Source: Eubacteriales Family XIII. Incertae Sedis bacterium (lineage in GTDB: Bacteria > Bacillota > Clostridia > Peptostreptococcales > Anaerovoracaceae). From it: 47,885 nucleotides of DNA. Made by a program: the position numbers and the translations under genes. Positions 43,152 through 47,885 of this stretch are shown here, piece by piece. The stretch lies in assembly GCA_031269205.1 (NCBI GenBank), contig JAISZM010000163.1:1-47885 (forward strand), given 5' to 3'. The first letter of the stretch is position 1. Each line of letters starts with the position of its first letter. The notes under the pieces were generated by a model. The model was given only the letters and a program-made list of their open reading frames with translations, was not told where the DNA came from and ran no database searches.

Positions 43152-43934
43152 GTGTGGAATAATGAGGTTGGATTGAAGGATCAGGGCGACCCGCCGGGGA
43201 ATGGACAAGGGTTCGGTAGAGGAATGACGCTGTACGCTGGGGAAACAGAAAAAGAAAAAATATGTGTACTCGCGTGTAGGACGCTCAGTCCGGAACTCGA
43301 GCTTGTGATGAAGGCGGCCGAGTCGACGCTGCCCGTGTACTATGTCGATTCGGGGAAGCACCTATGCTCCGACCGGTTGCGCGAGTCGATACAGGAGGGG
43401 ATCGACGTGATGCCGTCCGAGTACGGTACGGTGCTGCTGCTGTTCGGGTTTTGCGGCAACGCGATGGTCGGCGTCAAATCCGGCGCGCGCCAGCTCGTAC
43501 TGCCGAAGTCGGCCGACTGCATCCCCATATTTCTAGGCTCGCAGGAGGAGCGCAACAGATACGGGACTCGACGGTACTTTTTTACCGAGGGCTATCTCAG
43601 AGCCGAAGCCAATCCTGCGGCCGACTACGCGCATCTCGTCGAAAAGTACGGAGAGGAAAACGCGCGCAAGGTCATGCGGGAGATGCTCAATCACTACGAG
43701 AACCTGTCTGTCGTGGATACGGGAGCCTTCGACGTCGCCTCTGTCGAGTCCGCGATAGCGGGGCTCTCCGCGATAACGGAGATACCCGTGGACGTGCTGC
43801 CCGGCGACCTCCGGTTGATACGTATGCTGGTGACCGGCGACTGGCCGCCCGGCGAATTCTTCGTGTTCGATCCCGGTACGGAAATAACGCTCGGCGACTC
43901 GCTCAGTTTTCAGTCGATTTCGCAGGTGGGGTGA
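43152..43934 (+). CDS. DUF1638-family protein
   Basis: ...ICVLACRTLSPELE...LLLFGFCGNAMVGV...LVLPKSADCIPIFLGS...YFFTEGYL...DWPPGEFFVFDPG matches my memory of DUF1638. The start is uncertain (GTG 43152, TTG 43173 or ATG 43224). A TATAAT lies at about 43131. Confidence 0.65.
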   Translation: MWNNEVGLKDQGDPPGNGQGFGRGMTLYAGETEKEKICVLACRTLSPELELVMKAAESTLPVYYVDSGKHLCSDRLRESIQEGIDVMPSEYGTVLLLFGFCGNAMVGVKSGARQLVLPKSADCIPIFLGSQEERNRYGTRRYFFTEGYLRAEANPAADYAHLVEKYGEENARKVMREMLNHYENLSVVDTGAFDVASVESAIAGLSAITEIPVDVLPGDLRLIRMLVTGDWPPGEFFVFDPGTEITLGDSLSFQSISQVG

Positions 43935-44015
43935 AAGCGCTGCGGCAGAGAGGGTTTCGTCGAGGCTTCCCGTCGCTTCTGCCGTGTACACGTCCGCCGT
44001 CGTTCCCTCGATCGC

Positions 44016-44044
44016 TTGAAATGCGGATGGTTCAAATATATAAT
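44016..44044 (+). promoter_or_regulatory. Sigma-70-like promoter TTGAAA-17 nt-TATAAT upstream of metY
   Basis: Both hexamers and the spacing were read directly from the sequence. Confidence 0.5.
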
Positions 44045-44101
44045 TATGTCCTATATAGCAATTCATAGAGGCGATGGGACGCGGTAAAAGTGGAGGAGAT
44101 A

Positions 44102-45478
44102 ATGGGGTACAAAGCGTTTGGCGACAGGGATTTGGGTTTCACCACGCGGCAGCTGCACGCGGGCTACAACCCCGGGCAGCACAATATGGCGAAGGCCGTG
44201 CCGATTTACCAGAACGCGGCGTTTCAGTTCAACGATTTCGATCGTTGCGGCCGACTTTTCGCGTATGAGGAGGACGGGTATTCCTACGGGCGTTATTCGA
44301 ATCCGACGACAGAGGCGCTCGAGCGTCGCGTGGAGTCGCTTGAAGGCTGCGACACCGCTGGCGCTATTCGCGGGCAGGGCGACGGTGCGGACAGCTCGTC
44401 GTACGACGACTTCGTTCAGCCGGGCTACTCGGGACCCGTCGTCGCCATGGCCTCGGGTATGGCGGCGGTCTCCGGAACCATGCTGAATCTCGCGGCGGCC
44501 GGCGACAATATAGTCGCCGCGCCAACCCTCTACGGCGGGGACATGACGCTGTTGACAAAGATACTGCCCCAGTACGGTATACAGGGCAAGTTCTCGGAGG
44601 ATCCGACGGATCCGGCGTCCTTTGAGGCGATGATAGACGAGGGGACAAAGGCCGTCTTTGTCGAGTGCCTGAGCAATCCCAACTCGTATATCGTGGATTT
44701 TGAGTCCATTGCCGAGATCGCGCACGCGCACGGTGTACCGCTCGTCGTGGACAACACCTTCGCGACGCCGTATCTCTTTCGCCCGTTCGAGCACGGAGCC
44801 GACATAGTTATCTACTCGGCGACGAAATATCTGGCGGGGCACGGGATATTGGTCGGCGGTCTCGCCGTCGAAAAAGGCGGCTTCGACTGGCTCTCGGGCG
44901 GACGTTACCCCTGGTTCGAGAAGTTTTACGAAGAGAATAAAATTTCAATTTCGGAGGACAAACTCCGCAACTACCTTTTCTCGATGCGCCTTCGCATGAC
45001 CTACCTCTGCGACCTCGGTGCGTACATGAGTCCGCAGACCGCGTTCTACATCCTGCAGGGGATGGAAACGCTGTCGCTGCGCATGGAGCGGCACGTCGAA
45101 AACGCACTTAAGGTCGCTCGATTCCTCGAAGCGCACCTGAACGTGAAGTCGGTGTCATATCCCGGATTGCCGACCGATCCCGGTCACGCACTCGCGAAAA
45201 AATACTTCCCGAGGGGAGCGGGCGCCATAGTCTCCTTCCGTGTCAGCGGCGGGATAGAGGCGGCGAAAAGGGTGATTTCGCGTTGCGAACTCTTCGACTT
45301 CATGGTGAATGTCGGCGACGTGAAATCGCTGATAGTCCACCCCGCGACATCGACGCACTTCGGACAGTCCGATGAGCGCAAGCTCGCCGCAGGCGTGTAT
45401 GAAGATACGATTCGTCTATCCGTCGGCATCGAGGACGCCGAGGATCTGATAGACGACCTCGCGCACGCGCTGGATTGA
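44102..45478 (+). CDS. metY: O-acetylhomoserine sulfhydrylase / aminocarboxypropyltransferase (Cys/Met PLP family) with an insertion of about 27-29 aa
   Basis: TRQLHAG, PIYQN, YGRYSNPT, ASGMAA, NTFATPY and SATKYLAGHG (PLP lysine). The ATG at 44102 sits 5 nt after GGAGG. Confidence 0.9.
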   Translation: MGYKAFGDRDLGFTTRQLHAGYNPGQHNMAKAVPIYQNAAFQFNDFDRCGRLFAYEEDGYSYGRYSNPTTEALERRVESLEGCDTAGAIRGQGDGADSSSYDDFVQPGYSGPVVAMASGMAAVSGTMLNLAAAGDNIVAAPTLYGGDMTLLTKILPQYGIQGKFSEDPTDPASFEAMIDEGTKAVFVECLSNPNSYIVDFESIAEIAHAHGVPLVVDNTFATPYLFRPFEHGADIVIYSATKYLAGHGILVGGLAVEKGGFDWLSGGRYPWFEKFYEENKISISEDKLRNYLFSMRLRMTYLCDLGAYMSPQTAFYILQGMETLSLRMERHVENALKVARFLEAHLNVKSVSYPGLPTDPGHALAKKYFPRGAGAIVSFRVSGGIEAAKRVISRCELFDFMVNVGDVKSLIVHPATSTHFGQSDERKLAAGVYEDTIRLSVGIEDAEDLIDDLAHALD

Positions 45479-45480
45479 GC

Positions 45481-46677
45481 ATGGATGTGGCGGACAACGG
45501 ATTTGATTTTGACAGGATCGTTGAAAGGCGGAGAACCGACTCTCTGAAATACGACGGCGCCTCCTTGCAGGGGAAGCCCGAGGGGCTGCTTCCTCTGTGG
45601 GTCGCCGATATGGATTTCAAGACGGCCGACCCCGTCGCGGCCGCGCTCATCCGCCTCGCGGATCACGGCATATTCGGATACCCCGCCCCGGGAGCTTCCT
45701 ATTACGATTCGGTTCGCGCGTGGTGGCGCGAACGGCACGGTTACGAGTTCGACGCGCGCGCTGTGGTGGCTCTGTCCGGCGTCGTGTTCGCGCTCGCTCA
45801 GGCAGTACGCGCTTTTACGGAACCGGGCGACGCCATACTCATACAGCGGCCCGTCTACTACCCGTTTACGGACGTCATAGAGAATAACGGGCGCAAGCTC
45901 GTGAACTCCCCGCTGGTTCTTGGCGAGGACGGACGTTACCGAGTCGACTTTGATGATTTTGAGAGGAAGCTCTCGGAGAGCAGGGCAAAATTGTTCATCC
46001 TGTGCAGCCCCCACAATCCCGTAGGTCGAGTGTGGACGATGGACGAACTCGAGCGTATGGGAGATATCTGTCTCGCCTATGACTGCCTCGTCGTTTCCGA
46101 CGAAATTCACGCGGATTTCGTGTACCAAAAGTCGCCCGCTTCTCGCCGACATACGGTGTTCTCCACCATAAAGGAAAGCTTTCGCGGAAACAGCGTCGTC
46201 TGCACGTCGCCGAGCAAATCGTTTAACCTCGCGGGCCTGCAGATATCGAACATCATCATAGAAGACCCCGCCCTGTGGCGCCGTTACCGCAAGGAACTAA
46301 ACGCATCAGGCTACAGCCAGCCGAACATCATGGGATTCGCGGCCTGCCGCGCCGCGTACGATGAGGGCGGGCCGTGGTTCGATGAACTCATGACATACCT
46401 TTCGGGCAACCTCGACCTGCTGCGTTCGCGACTGAGCGTCCTGCCCGGCGTCCGTCTCATCGAACCCGAAGGCACCTATCTTCCGTGGCTCGATTTCCGC
46501 GGCGCTGGGCTGAATCATGATGAAGTGAACCGGCTTCTCATAGACAAAGCCGGGGTCTGGCTCGACGAGGGAACGATGTTCGGACCCGAAGGCGTCGGCT
46601 TCCAGCGCGTCAACATCGCCTGCCCGTGCGCAATTCTCGCGGACGCCCTTGACCGCATAGAAGCGGCTATGATATAA
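45481..46677 (+). CDS. PatB/MalY-type PLP-dependent C-S lyase (cystathionine beta-lyase-like aminotransferase class I/II)
   Basis: FDFDRIVERRRTDSLKYD...LPLWVADMDF, SPHNPVGRVW and SPSKSFNLAG (PLP lysine). The ORF track starts at the TTG at 45475. Confidence 0.85.
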   Translation: MDVADNGFDFDRIVERRRTDSLKYDGASLQGKPEGLLPLWVADMDFKTADPVAAALIRLADHGIFGYPAPGASYYDSVRAWWRERHGYEFDARAVVALSGVVFALAQAVRAFTEPGDAILIQRPVYYPFTDVIENNGRKLVNSPLVLGEDGRYRVDFDDFERKLSESRAKLFILCSPHNPVGRVWTMDELERMGDICLAYDCLVVSDEIHADFVYQKSPASRRHTVFSTIKESFRGNSVVCTSPSKSFNLAGLQISNIIIEDPALWRRYRKELNASGYSQPNIMGFAACRAAYDEGGPWFDELMTYLSGNLDLLRSRLSVLPGVRLIEPEGTYLPWLDFRGAGLNHDEVNRLLIDKAGVWLDEGTMFGPEGVGFQRVNIACPCAILADALDRIEAAMI

Positions 46678-46764
46678 TGACTCCCGCTGTCGCGTCCGGT
46701 CCACTGGCGACTTACAAGAAGCCGCCAAGAACGTCAACGTGATGAACTATACGAGGATAAGAAG

Positions 46765-47109
46765 ATGAATATACTGGAAGCGGTAACACAGAATTATTTG
46801 AGGGACGACGTACCCGAGATCAGGGTAGGCGATACCGTCAAGGTGCATATCAGGATCGTTGAGGGTTCGCGCGAGCGCATCCAGGTGTTTGAGGGCTATG
46901 TTCTCAAGAAGCAGGGCGGCGGCATCGGCGAGACGTTCACGGTGCGTCGCGTTGCGTCGGGCGTCGGCGTCGAAAAGACCTTCGCCGTTCATTCCCCGAA
47001 GATTGACCGGATAGAGGTCGTCAAGCATGGCTTCGTGCGCAGAGCCAAACTGAACTATATGCGCAAGCGCACCGGCAAATCCGCAAAGATGCGCGCTGAA
47101 AAGGAATAA
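46765..47109 (+). CDS. rplS: 50S ribosomal protein L19
   Basis: 114 aa with ...[28 protein letters not shown]...FTVRR...GVEKTF..HSP.I. Confidence 0.97.
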   Translation: MNILEAVTQNYLRDDVPEIRVGDTVKVHIRIVEGSRERIQVFEGYVLKKQGGGIGETFTVRRVASGVGVEKTFAVHSPKIDRIEVVKHGFVRRAKLNYMRKRTGKSAKMRAEKE

Positions 47110-47234
47110 ACCGCCACGAGCCGGCCGTCGAAAACCACTCCGACAATCAGAGGCTGGCGGAGCGACAGGTGGATTGCAACGACGTGTTTTCACGTGGCGG
47201 TGAGTTGGCCGTCCTACGCGACGACGAGTTACGG

Positions 47235-47257
47235 GCGGTTTTACAGACCGCTTTTTT
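47235..47257 (+). terminator. Intrinsic terminator-like hairpin GCGGT-TTTACAG-ACCGC followed by TTTTTT after rplS
   Basis: 5-bp stem plus T6, read directly from the sequence. Confidence 0.45.
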
Positions 47258-47259
47258 CA

Positions 47260-47270
47260 TGTGATAAAAT
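47260..47270 (+). promoter_or_regulatory. Extended -10 element TGTGATAAAAT, 6 nt upstream of the rbgA ATG
   Basis: The same 11-mer occurs at 23640-23650. There is no SD before the ATG at 47277. Confidence 0.35.
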
Positions 47271-47276
47271 TGGCGT

Positions 47277-47885
47277 ATGACAGAGAATATCAACTGGTAT
47301 CCGGGACATATGAAGAAGACGCGGGAGCTCATCGCGGCGAACCTGCGTCTCGTCGGCGCCGTCGTTGAGGTCTGCGACGCACGCATTCCTGTGTCGAGCC
47401 GCAACCCGATAGTGGATGAACTCATCGGAAGGAAGCCGCGTGTCCTCGTGTTCAACAAGGCGGATCTGGCTGACGAAACCGCGACGAAGGAGTGGCTCGC
47501 GCTGTACGGAAGCGGTAGGGACACAGAGAAGGCGCTTGCCTCCGCGCGCGGCGCGAAAGCCGGCGGCAGGGTCTTCGCCGTCGCCATGAACAGCGTGACG
47601 GGCGACGGGATCAAAAAACTGCTCGCCGCGCTTGAACGTACCGGAATCGCGCGCGGCGACCATTCCCCGAAGGAAGGAGCGACGCCGAAGGGCTCGCCGC
47701 GCTTCATGGTCGTCGGCGTGCCAAACTCCGGCAAGTCGTCCCTCATCAATAGACTGACGGGGCGGAAGGCGACGAGGACGGGCGACCGACCCGGCGTTAC
47801 GAGGGGCAAGCAATGGCTGACGCTTGCGGGCGGTATGCAGCTGCTCGACACGCCCGGCATACTGTGGCCGAAGTTCGAGGATCCG
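47277..47885 (+). CDS. rbgA: Ribosome biogenesis GTPase A (YlqF/RbgA), 5' part; the gene runs off the window end
   Basis: Manual translation gives MTENINWYPGHMKKTRELIAANLRLVGAVVEVCDARIPVSSRNP...VFNKADLAD...VVGVPNSGKSSLINRL (circularly permuted GTPase order). It is absent from the ORF track because there is no stop inside the window. Confidence 0.85.
   Translation, partial: MTENINWYPGHMKKTRELIAANLRLVGAVVEVCDARIPVSSRNPIVDELIGRKPRVLVFNKADLADETATKEWLALYGSGRDTEKALASARGAKAGGRVFAVAMNSVTGDGIKKLLAALERTGIARGDHSPKEGATPKGSPRFMVVGVPNSGKSSLINRLTGRKATRTGDRPGVTRGKQWLTLAGGMQLLDTPGILWPKFEDP

Noticed and set aside
43935-44101. SAM (S-box) riboswitch or Met T-box upstream of metY.
   Set aside because: A canonical promoter at 44016-44044 leaves a leader of only about 50 nt, and no S-box core sequence is visible.
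1-47885. CRISPR arrays, IS elements, rRNA or tRNA genes, toxin-antitoxin or defence-system genes.
   Set aside because: By eye I found no regularly spaced direct repeats, no terminal inverted repeats flanking a transposase-like ORF, and no ORF with nuclease, integrase or toxin-like motifs. The only tandem repeat is the 15-bp coding repeat at 41836-41913.

Overview
GC-rich, tightly packed chromosomal segment. Its gene content looks like an anaerobic, acetogen-type Firmicutes/Clostridia genome (inference from content only; no rRNA or tRNA gene is present). I recognised no transposase, integrase, phage gene or CRISPR array.

Gene order, left to right:
- Housekeeping: nth (partial), thrS, sppA, an AEC-family transporter, wecB, galE and dapA.
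- A secreted Big_2-repeat GH25 muramidase, translationally coupled to a PHP phosphoesterase and a stand-alone RhaE-like class II aldolase.
- A rhamnose block: AraC-family regulator, rhaB, rhaA, rhaM.
- A URO-D/MtaA-family methyltransferase-like gene fused by stop/start overlap to a RhaSTPQ-like sugar ABC transporter (ATPase, two permeases, lipoprotein SBP).
- A second URO-D-family gene plus a B12-binding corrinoid protein.
- On the minus strand, a complete CODH/ACS unit: pucR-family regulator, His-rich protein, cooT, cooC, acsA/cooS, cooC, acsB, acsD, acsC, acsE, plus an extra MtrH/AcsE-like methyltransferase.
- Divergent from that unit: a RACo-type corrinoid reductive activator interrupted by one in-frame TAG, DUF3786, a second corrinoid protein, an orphan sugar-type SBP lipoprotein and DUF1638.
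- metY, a patB/malY-like lyase, rplS and rbgA (partial).

Main candidate for something undescribed: a full corrinoid methyl-transfer toolkit (MT-I, corrinoid protein, MT-II, activator) sits inside a deoxyhexose import and catabolism locus and next to the acetyl-CoA synthase operon. This suggests demethylation of imported O-methylated sugars feeding the Wood-Ljungdahl pathway.

Secondary signals:
- The amber codon in the activator gene.
- A His-rich putative nickel protein.
- Several statistically unexpected 18-35 nt sequences repeated between 5' regions of unrelated genes. One of them links the methyltransferase operon, the acs operon and the orphan SBP.
- Promoter geometry that implies leaderless mRNAs.
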